This document shows positions 8,778 through 17,682 of a stretch of 28,316 nucleotides of DNA, in pieces (the stretch's first letter is position 1; each line of letters begins with the position of its first letter). The DNA comes from Gammaproteobacteria bacterium (GTDB lineage: Bacteria > Pseudomonadota > Gammaproteobacteria > Eutrophobiales > Eutrophobiaceae), in assembly GCA_012270695.1 (NCBI GenBank), contig JAAXHV010000241.1:1-28316 (forward strand), given 5' to 3'. A model generated the notes under the pieces. The model was not told where the DNA came from. It was given only the letters and a program-made list of their open reading frames with translations, and ran no database searches. The position numbers and the translations under genes are program-made.

Positions 8778-9973
8778 TACTCGATTGACTGCTCCACCCT
8801 GACATGGTCCGGCAACTGGTACTTGATATCGTCCAGCATGGACGCTTCGAGTAAAAAAACAAAGTTTTGGCCGCGCCACTTATTGGCAAAGTCCGGAGCC
8901 GCCTTATGAGACAAACCGTACATTTGGCGTAGCAATCGCAGGGTCTGCAGAAACCCTGCAGTATTACATTTTGGTAACGCCAGCTTGTCCGCCAACTCGT
9001 TGCCAAGTACCGCGCGGGAGACCCGGAATACATGCTTCAGCATTTTTTCCTGGTCTGCCGGGTGGATCTTACCCGCAATCTCAGGTAAAGCCCGCACCAG
9101 GGCATTGGCAATCATCGCCGATTCCTTCGATGGTGGCGGTTCGCATATCCCGGCGATTTTTAGAAATTCACGGGTTTTGGCCTCGTCACCCTCGAACAAC
9201 AGGGCTTCGGGGGTCCCGACCAGGTAGGAGGCGTAACGCCAGATTTGCATGAAGCTATTGCGCGTCTTCTTGTTCATGCGCGCCCCGAGTTTGCGCGCGT
9301 TCTCCAGCATGGTAGCGGAGAAGTTCGCGGAAGCAAGCCCCTGGTGAGCGGCGCTGATTGGCTCACCCCAACTTGCTGCGTTCCAATCTTCCGATTCCCG
9401 AATCAGCTTCCTGAGCCGCGCATGCACCAGCCGGATGCGCACAGACAAACGCCAACCGTCCCCCTGGTCCACCAGCGCGCCAGGGAGCATAATTTCAACA
9501 AAGTGCCTGGTATTTTGTCTTATCCGCCGCAGGCCAAAATCGCTGACCACCCGGCCGGTTGCATGGAATGACTTAGCGATCAGGCTGGCAGCATTTTGCA
9601 CCGTGACCAGGAAAAATGCAGGTATAAACAAATCCGAATGTTCGTGGAAACTGCGACGGCCTGCCTCGAATTTCTCCGGTTCCAACCAGGCCGGTGGTTG
9701 TTTCATCTCCTCAAAAAAATCACGCAGACTCTTCGGCGCCTGCGCTAAAACCTCTTCATTTCCCTGCATCCCAGCCATGATGAACCTGTGTTCCTGTTGC
9801 TGGGTTAAATCTGCCAACTCCTCCATCAGGGAGTCGGCTATGGGGTCACCAACAGTTATATGCTCGATATATGTTTCAGCGAGTCCGGGATTCAGCTTTT
9901 TTGCCTTTTCGTACCCGTCCTCAAAGGCAGTGGGCACTGTCAAGTTGGAATTGTCAGAGATAAATCCTGCCAT
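8774..9973 (-). CDS. MpaB/Lcp (rubber oxygenase catalytic domain, DUF2236) family haem oxygenase
   Basis: 399 aa. GDPIAD, PPAWL, RRIRQNTR and RIRLVHARLR with Arg-to-His spacing of 34 residues as in Lcp, PISAAHQ, QIWRYASYLVG. No obvious Tat or Sec signal. Confidence 0.85.
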   Translation of the reverse strand: MAGFISDNSNLTVPTAFEDGYEKAKKLNPGLAETYIEHITVGDPIADSLMEELADLTQQQEHRFIMAGMQGNEEVLAQAPKSLRDFFEEMKQPPAWLEPEKFEAGRRSFHEHSDLFIPAFFLVTVQNAASLIAKSFHATGRVVSDFGLRRIRQNTRHFVEIMLPGALVDQGDGWRLSVRIRLVHARLRKLIRESEDWNAASWGEPISAAHQGLASANFSATMLENARKLGARMNKKTRNSFMQIWRYASYLVGTPEALLFEGDEAKTREFLKIAGICEPPPSKESAMIANALVRALPEIAGKIHPADQEKMLKHVFRVSRAVLGNELADKLALPKCNTAGFLQTLRLLRQMYGLSHKAAPDFANKWRGQNFVFLLEASMLDDIKYQLPDHVRVEQSIEY

Positions 9974-10017
9974 TTCTACGTCTAGTTGGTTGCCTTCACG
10001 CTGATTAGTTCAATATA

Positions 10018-11475
10018 TTACCCCCCCCCCCGATTTTCCAGTCTCTCCGACAGCAGTTGGTTGACCTGTTTCGGGTTGGCCTTGCCTTGAGATTTTTTCA
10101 TCACCCGGCCGACGAAATAGCCGATCATTTTCCCCCGTTTTTCCGGCGCCGCGCTGCGGTATTGCTGCACTTGCGCACTGTTTTCGGCGATGACCTCATC
10201 CACCAGCCGGCCTATTGCACCGCTATCGGTAAGCTGTTTCAATCCCTGCTTTTCGATGACATCATCGACCCCGCCGGCGCCATCCCATAAGGCTTCAAAA
10301 ACCTGCTTGGCGATTTTATTTGAGATGGTGCCGTCGGCAATGCGCGTTACCAGTCCAGCCAGCATCGCCGCGTTTACCTTGCTGTGATTGATGGCGATAT
10401 TTTCACGATTCAAAGCGGCTCCCAGTTCCCCCATGATCCAGTTTGCAACCGGTTTGGCCTGACCGGGAGCGGCGGCGACGGCAGCCTCAAAATAGTCCGC
10501 GCTGTCCTTGTTCGCGACCAGGTAGCCGCTGTCATATTCCGACAGGCCGTATGTTTCAATGAACCGCTGTTGTTTCTGTTCCGGCAACTCCGGCAGTTGC
10601 TTCCTGACGGCTTCAATATAGTCATTATCAATGACTACAGGGGGAAGGTCCGGGTCGGGGAAATAGCGGTAATCATTTGCTTCTTCCTTGCCTCGCATCG
10701 AACGGGTTTCATTTTTTTCCGGGTCGAACAAGCGGGTTTCCTGCACCACCTCATTACCGGATTCGACAAGCTCTACCTGCCGGCTGATTTCAAAATTTAT
10801 CGCCTGCTCAACAAAGCGGAATGAATTGATATTTTTTGTCTCCGTGCGGGTTCCCAACCGGGTTTCGCCTTCCGGCCTGATCGATACGTTGGCATCACAG
10901 CGGAATGAGCCCTCCTGCATGTTGCCATCAGAGATATCCAGGTAACGGACCAGGGAATGGATCTTTTTCATAAGCGCGACCGCTTCTGCGGCAGAGCGTA
11001 AATCGGGTTCGGATACGATCTCGATCAGCGGGGCGCCGGCGCGATTCAGGTCAATCGCGGTAAACCCGGCAAAACCCTCGTGGATGGATTTGCCGGCGTC
11101 TTCTTCCAGGTGCGCCCTGGTGATACCGATTTCCCTGGTTATGCCGTCAAGCTGTATCCGTATTTTTCCGGCGCTGACGACAGGCAATTCATACTGGCTG
11201 ATCTGGTAACCTTTGGGCAGGTCCGGGTAAAAATAATTTTTTCTTGCAAATACGGAGCGTTTTGCAATGCTGGCATCGATAGCGAGGCCGAATTTGACCG
11301 CCATCCGTATCACTTCCTCGTTGGCTACAGGCAGTACGCCGGGAAGTCCCAGGTCAACGGCACATGCCAGGGTGTTGGCGGTCGCGCCGAACCGGTTGGC
11401 CGCGCCCGAGAAAATTTTGCTCTGCGTAGCCAATTGCACGTGCAGTTCAAGACCGATGACGGATTCCCATTGCAT
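10018..11475 (-). CDS. gatB: Asp-tRNA(Asn)/Glu-tRNA(Gln) amidotransferase subunit B
   Basis: [44 protein letters not shown] and a C-terminal YqeY-like domain. Confidence 0.99.
   Translation of the reverse strand: MQWESVIGLELHVQLATQSKIFSGAANRFGATANTLACAVDLGLPGVLPVANEEVIRMAVKFGLAIDASIAKRSVFARKNYFYPDLPKGYQISQYELPVVSAGKIRIQLDGITREIGITRAHLEEDAGKSIHEGFAGFTAIDLNRAGAPLIEIVSEPDLRSAAEAVALMKKIHSLVRYLDISDGNMQEGSFRCDANVSIRPEGETRLGTRTETKNINSFRFVEQAINFEISRQVELVESGNEVVQETRLFDPEKNETRSMRGKEEANDYRYFPDPDLPPVVIDNDYIEAVRKQLPELPEQKQQRFIETYGLSEYDSGYLVANKDSADYFEAAVAAAPGQAKPVANWIMGELGAALNRENIAINHSKVNAAMLAGLVTRIADGTISNKIAKQVFEALWDGAGGVDDVIEKQGLKQLTDSGAIGRLVDEVIAENSAQVQQYRSAAPEKRGKMIGYFVGRVMKKSQGKANPKQVNQLLSERLENRGGG
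10021..10031. repeat. C11/G11 homopolymer tract
   Basis: Eleven consecutive C on the + strand. On the - strand they encode the last codons of gatB (CGG GGG GGG GGG TAA). Confidence 0.95.
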
Positions 11476-11480
11476 GGTGA

Positions 11481-12932
11481 CTACCAGCCTCCTGGTATCT
11501 GTTTGTGCCAGTCGGTCATCTGCTGGTACTGGTGAGCGACATTCAACAGCCTGGCTTCATGGAAATAATTACCGATGATCTGCATACCGATCGGCAGACC
11601 GAGGCTGAACCCCACCGGGATTGAAATGGCGGGCAATCCGGCGAGATTGACGGATACGGTATAAATATCGGACAGGTACATGGCTACCGGATCATCGATG
11701 CGGGAACCCAAGGGAAATGCGGTTGACGGAGTCGTGGGCGTTATGATGACGTCCACCCGGTCCAGCGCAGCGCGAAATTCATCCCGCAACAGGCGCCTCA
11801 ACTTTTGCGCTTTCAGGTAATAGGCATCGTAGTATCCTGCGGACAACACGTAAGTTCCAATCATGATCCTGCGTTTGACCTCATTGCCGAAACCCTCGCT
11901 GCGGGAACGACAAAACAGGTCTTTGATATCCTCAGGATCCGTGCATCGATGGCCAAAGCGCACGCCATCGTAACGGGACAGGTTTGAAGAACATTCGGCG
12001 GAGGCGATTACATAGTAGACCGGGATGGACAATTCGGTATGGGGCAATTCGATGTCGATAATTGACGCGCCTTCCTGTTCGTACAAATTCAACGCGGCTG
12101 TGAGCGCGTCGGCGACGGGTTGTTCCAGTCCGGCGGAAAAATATTCCCTGGGCAGGCCGATCTTCAGCCCCTTGATATCGTTATTTAAAGCATCCAGGTA
12201 ATTGTCGACCCGGACATTGGCGCAAGTCGCGTCCCTGGGGTCGAACCCGGACATGGCGGACAACAGCATGGCCGCATCCTGCGCGGTTTGCGTGATGGGA
12301 CCACCCTGGTCCAGACTGGAGGCATAAGCGACCATGCCGTAACGGGAGACACGCCCATAAGTGGGTTTCAACCCGGTCACACCGCATAATGCTGCCGGTT
12401 GCCTGATTGAGCCACCCGTATCCGTAGCAGTCGCCGCCGGCACCAGCCTGGCGCTGACTGCGCAAGCCGAGCCACCGGAAGAACCGCCCGGCACCCGCTG
12501 ATGATCCCACGGATTTTTGACGGGGCCGTAATAACTGGTTTCGCTGGACGACCCCATGGCAAACTCATCCATATTGGTCTTTCCGATCATGACGCTCCCT
12601 GCGGCATCGATCCTTCCTGTGGCGGTTGCGCTGTAGGGAGCAACGAAGTTATCCAGCATTTTTGATGCGCAACTCGTTTTGAAACCTGCAGTGCAAAAAA
12701 TGTCTTTGTGCGCAATGGGCATGCCTGTTAAAGGTCCGGCCTCACCGGCGGCGATCAGCCGGTCTGCCACTTTTGCCTGTTCAAGCGCATATTCAGGAAA
12801 CAGCGAAATGAAACAGTTCAGCTCATCGTTAAATTGTTCAGTCCGGTGCAGACAGGATTTGACCAGGTCGATACTGCTGATTTCCCGTCCTTGCAGCAAG
12901 CGGGATAATTCCGCAAGCGTATATCCAATCAT
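11481..12932 (-). CDS. gatA: Asp-tRNA(Asn)/Glu-tRNA(Gln) amidotransferase subunit A
   Basis: Amidase signature [31 protein letters not shown]; [22 protein letters not shown]. Confidence 0.99.
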   Translation of the reverse strand: MIGYTLAELSRLLQGREISSIDLVKSCLHRTEQFNDELNCFISLFPEYALEQAKVADRLIAAGEAGPLTGMPIAHKDIFCTAGFKTSCASKMLDNFVAPYSATATGRIDAAGSVMIGKTNMDEFAMGSSSETSYYGPVKNPWDHQRVPGGSSGGSACAVSARLVPAATATDTGGSIRQPAALCGVTGLKPTYGRVSRYGMVAYASSLDQGGPITQTAQDAAMLLSAMSGFDPRDATCANVRVDNYLDALNNDIKGLKIGLPREYFSAGLEQPVADALTAALNLYEQEGASIIDIELPHTELSIPVYYVIASAECSSNLSRYDGVRFGHRCTDPEDIKDLFCRSRSEGFGNEVKRRIMIGTYVLSAGYYDAYYLKAQKLRRLLRDEFRAALDRVDVIITPTTPSTAFPLGSRIDDPVAMYLSDIYTVSVNLAGLPAISIPVGFSLGLPIGMQIIGNYFHEARLLNVAHQYQQMTDWHKQIPGGW

Positions 12933-12935
12933 ACG

Positions 12936-13223
12936 TTACTCTACGAATTTGGGCACAATGTAATACCCGTCCTCTGTCAGCGGCGCGATTTTCTGGAAGC
13001 TGTCCCGCTGGTCTTCTTCCTTTACATCGTCAGGCCGCAACTGCGTGTCGATTTCCAGCGGATGCGCCAGCGGCTCAATAGCAGTTGTGTCGACTGCCTG
13101 CATTTGTTCGACCAACGCAAGGATATCAGCCAGGTCCTTTGCATAACCGGCTATAGCCCGATCTTCTATGGTTAACCTTGCCAGCCAGGCAATATTTTGT
13201 ATCTGTTCTTTCTCAAGCAGCAT
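12936..13223 (-). CDS. gatC: Asp-tRNA(Asn)/Glu-tRNA(Gln) amidotransferase subunit C
   Basis: 95 aa from ATG 13223: IAWLARL...PLAHPL...LRPDDV...YYIVPKFVE. The 166-aa track ORF is over-extended into mreB. Confidence 0.96.
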   Translation of the reverse strand: MLLEKEQIQNIAWLARLTIEDRAIAGYAKDLADILALVEQMQAVDTTAIEPLAHPLEIDTQLRPDDVKEEDQRDSFQKIAPLTEDGYYIVPKFVE

Positions 13224-13272
13224 AAAATTTCTGATTTCTTTAAAGCAATGGCAATCTATCATATTTCCCGAC

Positions 13273-13301
13273 TTGCCCAAAATACACGTCACTGTTAAAG
13301 T
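13273..13301 (+). promoter_or_regulatory. Putative sigma70 promoter for the mreB operon
   Basis: TTGCCC (13273-13278), 17-nt spacer, TAAAGT (13296-13301), in the gatC/mreB divergent gap. Confidence 0.45.
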
Positions 13302-13327
13302 TACATCTTTTAAATGAGTCAAAAGGA

Positions 13328-14377
13328 ATGTTAAACAGGTTAAGGGGGTTTTTCTCCAGCGATTTGTCCATTGACTTGGGTACCGCCAATACCCTGATCT
13401 ATGTTCGCGGCAAAGGTATCGTCCTGAACGAACCATCAGTGGTTGCCGTCGGGAAAACCGAGCATGGGGCAGTCAATATGAAGGCAATCCGCGCAGTCGG
13501 TCGTGCGGCCAAGAGCATGCTTGGACGAACACCTGAGCATATCAAGGCAATAAGGCCGCTGAAAGACGGGGTAATCGCTGATTTCACTCTAACCGAAAAA
13601 ATGTTGCAGTATTTCATTCACTCAGTCCATGGCGATACCTTTTTCAAACCCAGCCCCAGGGTGCTGATTTGCGTCCCCTGCGGCTCGACCCAGGTGGAGA
13701 AAAGAGCAATTCGCGAATCCGCCTTAGGCGCAGGCGCAAGAAAGGTGTACCTGATAGAAGAACCCATGGCTGCCGCTATGGGCGCGGGGATGCCGGTAGG
13801 TGATGCGAGCGGCTCAATGATACTGGATATAGGCGGCGGCACCACTGAAGTCGCTGTCATTTCCCTGAACGGCATCGTTTATGCGGCTTCGGTACGCATT
13901 GGAGGTGACAAATGCGACGAGGCCATCATCAATTACGTACGGCGGAATTATGGCACCCTGATCGGTGAAGCGACCGCCGAAAATATAAAAAAGACCATCG
14001 GTTGCGCTTTTCCCCCGGATGAGGTTAACGAAATGGAAATCAGGGGACGCAACCTGGCCGAGGGAATACCTCGCAGTTTTACCATAAGCAGCAATGAAAT
14101 ACTGGAGGCATTACAGGAGCCGTTGTCAGGGATAGTCGATGCGGTTAAAGATGCCCTGGAAAAAACACCGCCCGAATTGGGTTCAGACGTGGTCGAACGG
14201 GGTATCGTGTTGACCGGCGGTGGCGCCTTGTTGCAGGACCTGGACCAACTGTTGATGAAGGAAATAGGATTATCTGTTATCGTTGCCGAAGATCCCTTGA
14301 CCTGTGTCGTACGCGGCGGCGGCCGCTTCATTGAACTGCTTGATGAATATGGCGACGAGATACTGGTTTTTGAATAA
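13328..14377 (+). CDS. mreB: Rod shape-determining protein MreB
   Basis: [52 protein letters not shown]. Confidence 0.99.
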   Translation: MLNRLRGFFSSDLSIDLGTANTLIYVRGKGIVLNEPSVVAVGKTEHGAVNMKAIRAVGRAAKSMLGRTPEHIKAIRPLKDGVIADFTLTEKMLQYFIHSVHGDTFFKPSPRVLICVPCGSTQVEKRAIRESALGAGARKVYLIEEPMAAAMGAGMPVGDASGSMILDIGGGTTEVAVISLNGIVYAASVRIGGDKCDEAIINYVRRNYGTLIGEATAENIKKTIGCAFPPDEVNEMEIRGRNLAEGIPRSFTISSNEILEALQEPLSGIVDAVKDALEKTPPELGSDVVERGIVLTGGGALLQDLDQLLMKEIGLSVIVAEDPLTCVVRGGGRFIELLDEYGDEILVFE

Positions 14378-14400
14378 TCTGTAACAAGGAGTAACAGCCA

Positions 14401-15255
14401 ATTACCACATTATTTGTAAAAAGCCTCTCATCACACGCAAAGATTATTATCTGTGTGCTGTTGTCGATAGTCCTGATGGTGGTTGATCACAAGAACGGCC
14501 ACCTGGAATTTACTCGTACTGCCATTTCAACCGTTGTTTATCCACTCCAATATGCAGCGAGTTTGACTGCCGATGTGCCTCGACAAATTTCATTACTCAT
14601 GGTAACCAGGCAAGCGTTACAGGATGAGAATGAAAAGCTGCGCGAAGAACAACTTTACTTGTATTCCAAGCTGCAACGGGTTGCAACACTGGAAGATGAA
14701 AACCGACGCCTGCGGGCATTGCTGGAGTCGTCGGTTGAGTTTTATGAACGGGTGTTGGTGGCGGAACTGGTCGGCGTTGAACTGGAACCTTTCCGCCAAC
14801 AGATGATAATCAACAAGGGACTGACAGACGAGGTGTTCAACGGCCAGCCCGTTGTCGATTCAGGTGGCATCATGGGACAGATAATCCACGTGTCTCCGTT
14901 TTCGAGCACCGTGTTGTTAATCACCGACCCGAGTCACGCAATACCGGTACTGGTAAATCGCAATGGCCTGCGTTCCGTAGCGGTTGGTCTCGGTCAGGAT
15001 AATGTTCTGTCACTGGAACACGTCCCGGTTAATGCCGATATCAAAAAAGGAGATTTAATCGTTTCATCGGGCCTTGGCAGAAAATTCCCCAGGGGTTATC
15101 CGGTAGGAACCGTATCGAGTGTCTCACGTATTCCCGGAGAACTTTTTTCCAGCGTGCTGGTAACACCCAGCGCGAAGTTCGGTGAGAGTCGAGAGGCATT
15201 ATTACTCTGGCCGGACCAGCCGAATGCTACGACTTCAGACGTGGCAATGAACTAG
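14401..15255 (+). CDS. mreC: Rod shape-determining protein MreC (probable ATT start at 14401; track start is GTG 14455)
   Basis: ENxRLRALL coiled coil, INKG, VLLITD, GDLIVSSGLGRKFPRGYPVG. AAGGAG at 14386-14391 lies 9 nt before an in-frame ATT. Confidence 0.96.
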   Translation: MTTLFVKSLSSHAKIIICVLLSIVLMVVDHKNGHLEFTRTAISTVVYPLQYAASLTADVPRQISLLMVTRQALQDENEKLREEQLYLYSKLQRVATLEDENRRLRALLESSVEFYERVLVAELVGVELEPFRQQMIINKGLTDEVFNGQPVVDSGGIMGQIIHVSPFSSTVLLITDPSHAIPVLVNRNGLRSVAVGLGQDNVLSLEHVPVNADIKKGDLIVSSGLGRKFPRGYPVGTVSSVSRIPGELFSSVLVTPSAKFGESREALLLWPDQPNATTSDVAMN

Positions 15256-15261
15256 TAGCTA

Positions 15262-15750
15262 ATGCCGTTAGTCAGACACAACCGCGGATGGGTGATTGTT
15301 GTCAGCTTCATCGTTGCTTTTCTGCTGACTACCATACCGCTGCCGGGATGGTTGGCAGACTGGCGACCTGCATGGGTTGCCATGATGGTGATCTACTGGT
15401 GTGTGGTTTTGCCCGAACGGGTCGGAGTCGCTATTGCCTGGATACTCGGACTTTTGCTGGACGTATCCACCGGGGCGCTGCTGGGCCAGAATGCCCTGGG
15501 GCTGGCCGTGATTGCATACCTCACGCTGCGCCTGCACAAACAAATCAGGATATTTCCGCCGATACAACAGTCTATTCTCGTCTGCTTTTACCTGTTACTG
15601 TTACAGTTTTTCAGCTTGTGGATTCGCGGCATCATAGGTGTCCCCCCACAGCACTGGACATTCTGGGCGCCGGTTTTAAGCAGTGTGTTATTGTGGCCGA
15701 TATTTTTCGTTATCATGCGTGGCATTCGGCACAAATATAACGTTTTTTGA
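15262..15750 (+). CDS. mreD: Rod shape-determining protein MreD
   Basis: 162-aa hydrophobic protein: WRPAWVAMMVIYW, GLLLDV, LLGQNAL. Directly after mreC. Confidence 0.96.
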   Translation: MPLVRHNRGWVIVVSFIVAFLLTTIPLPGWLADWRPAWVAMMVIYWCVVLPERVGVAIAWILGLLLDVSTGALLGQNALGLAVIAYLTLRLHKQIRIFPPIQQSILVCFYLLLLQFFSLWIRGIIGVPPQHWTFWAPVLSSVLLWPIFFVIMRGIRHKYNVF

Positions 15751-15813
15751 ATAGCGGCACGGAAAAAGACCCGGGTCATGTCTTTTTCCTGATGCGCACA
15801 GAATTCACGCAGT

Positions 15814-17682
15814 TTGATGGCGATACAAACCACGAACAAAGGTCCGGATTGGAAAATAAACCTGGTCCACAGGCGGATCTATTGGACAGCAGCGCTGGTA
15901 CTGATTATTACCGGGCTGATGCTGTTACAGATTTTTAACCTGCAAGTCGCCAAACACGATCATTTCACAACCTTATCAAAGAGTAATCACATAAAAATTT
16001 TACCGGTAGTGCCGTCCCGTGGGTTGATATTCAGCAGTGACGGCGTATTGCTGGCAGATAATCGCCCCTCGTTCACCCTTGATATCGTGCCGGAACGGGT
16101 TGCAGACGTGGATTCTGTAATCGATCAATTAAGCAGGATGATTACCGTTACCCCCGATGATATACAGCGTTTCAGAGAATTAAAGAAACGCACCCGCCGG
16201 TTTGAAGGCATTCCCCTCAGGTTGAACCTGGATGACGAGGAAGTCGCACTGATTTCAGTGAACCGTCACCTGCTTCCGGGAGTTGACGTCGTAGCCAGTC
16301 TGAGCCGCTACTATCCACTGGCTGACAGCCTGGCACATACGGTCGGGTACGTGGGAATGATCGATGAAGAAGAGTTCGAGAACCTGAATAAATCAAACTA
16401 CAGCAGCACAAGCTATGTCGGCAAATCAGGAATCGAGAAGGCTTACGAGGACCTGTTGCATGGTTACGTCGGCTACCAGCAGGTAGAGGTAAATGCCCAG
16501 GGAAGAAAAATCCGTGAAATATACAGGGAACATCCCGAATCGAGTAAGAATTTGTACCTGACCATCGATGCTTCCATGCAAATCACTGCAGTTCAGGCCC
16601 TCAACGGGAGGAGGGGCGCAATTGTAGCTATCGACCCCAATACCGGCGCGGTTCTGGTTTCCGCCAGTTCCCCCGGCTATAACCCCAACCTGTTTGTTGA
16701 CGGCATCGACAGGAAAATCTATGCAGACTTGCTGCGATCCAAGGACACGCCTTTATTAAACCGGTCGTTACAGGGTAAATATCCTCCCGGCTCCACGATT
16801 AAACCAATGCTGGCCCTGGGAGGCTTGTATCATGGCCGGCGCGAAGCCGAGACTGAGACATGGTGTCCGGGCTGGTATTCGCTGAGGGGCAGTTCTCACC
16901 GCTATCGAGACTGGAAAAAGCAGGGACATGGTCATATAGATATGGTAAACGCCATCTCCCAATCCTGTGACGTGTACTTTTACGTCCTTGCCAAGGACAT
17001 GGAGATTGACTTGCTCCACCGGACAATGACGGATTTTGGTTTTGGCAAACCGACAGATATAGATATAGGAGGCGAAGTGGCGGGCCTGGTCCCTTCAACG
17101 CAATGGAAACGCGAAGCGCTGGGCCAACCCTGGTATCCTGGTGAAACCCTGATCACCGGCATAGGCCAGGGAGCTACCACGGTAACGCCCATCCAGCTGG
17201 TGGTAGCTACGGCAGTAATAGCAAACCGAGGCAAACTGGTGCGCCCTTACCTGCTGTCGGAAGTAAGGGATTCGGCAACTGGACAGCAAGTGATCAGGGC
17301 GTCTGCCCATGAAGGCAAACAGCTGATATCCGCCGACCCTGAGGATTGGGACGTGATTATTCATTCGATGCAGGAAGTCGTACACGGTGAGAGAGGCACT
17401 GCGCGGAGTTCCGGCGCGGGGACGGAATATCGGTTCGCCGGAAAGACCGGCACGGCACAGGTAATTAAGGTCGGCCAAGACGAAGAATACGATGAAGAAG
17501 AGATACCGGAAGAGTTTCGGGACCATGCCCTGTTTATTGCATTTGCTCCGGTTGAAGCGCCTGAGATAGCACTGGCCGTGATCGTTGAGAATGGGGGAAG
17601 CGGGTCAACGACTGCAGCGCCGTTAGCCAGGGAATTGCTGGATCATTATTTTCGCCGGCAAAACCGGGTTGAGGCGGGATGA
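15814..17682 (+). CDS. mrdA: Penicillin-binding protein 2
   Basis: Single N-terminal TM helix, PSRGLI, SxxK in PPGSTIK, SCD, KTG in GKTGTAQ. Start is TTG 15814 or ATG 15817. Confidence 0.97.
   Translation: MMAIQTTNKGPDWKINLVHRRIYWTAALVLIITGLMLLQIFNLQVAKHDHFTTLSKSNHIKILPVVPSRGLIFSSDGVLLADNRPSFTLDIVPERVADVDSVIDQLSRMITVTPDDIQRFRELKKRTRRFEGIPLRLNLDDEEVALISVNRHLLPGVDVVASLSRYYPLADSLAHTVGYVGMIDEEEFENLNKSNYSSTSYVGKSGIEKAYEDLLHGYVGYQQVEVNAQGRKIREIYREHPESSKNLYLTIDASMQITAVQALNGRRGAIVAIDPNTGAVLVSASSPGYNPNLFVDGIDRKIYADLLRSKDTPLLNRSLQGKYPPGSTIKPMLALGGLYHGRREAETETWCPGWYSLRGSSHRYRDWKKQGHGHIDMVNAISQSCDVYFYVLAKDMEIDLLHRTMTDFGFGKPTDIDIGGEVAGLVPSTQWKREALGQPWYPGETLITGIGQGATTVTPIQLVVATAVIANRGKLVRPYLLSEVRDSATGQQVIRASAHEGKQLISADPEDWDVIIHSMQEVVHGERGTARSSGAGTEYRFAGKTGTAQVIKVGQDEEYDEEEIPEEFRDHALFIAFAPVEAPEIALAVIVENGGSGSTTAAPLARELLDHYFRRQNRVEAG

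Noticed and set aside
9435-10004. 189-aa plus-strand ORF opposite the MpaB gene
   Set aside because: Antisense shadow with low-information sequence.
10018-10031. Idea that G-tract slippage fuses GatB to the MpaB protein
   Set aside because: Both shifted frames stop within a few codons, so no fusion is possible.
13224-13436. 71-residue N-terminal extension of gatC in the ORF track
   Set aside because: Runs across the divergent promoter region into mreB. GatC similarity begins at ATG 13223.
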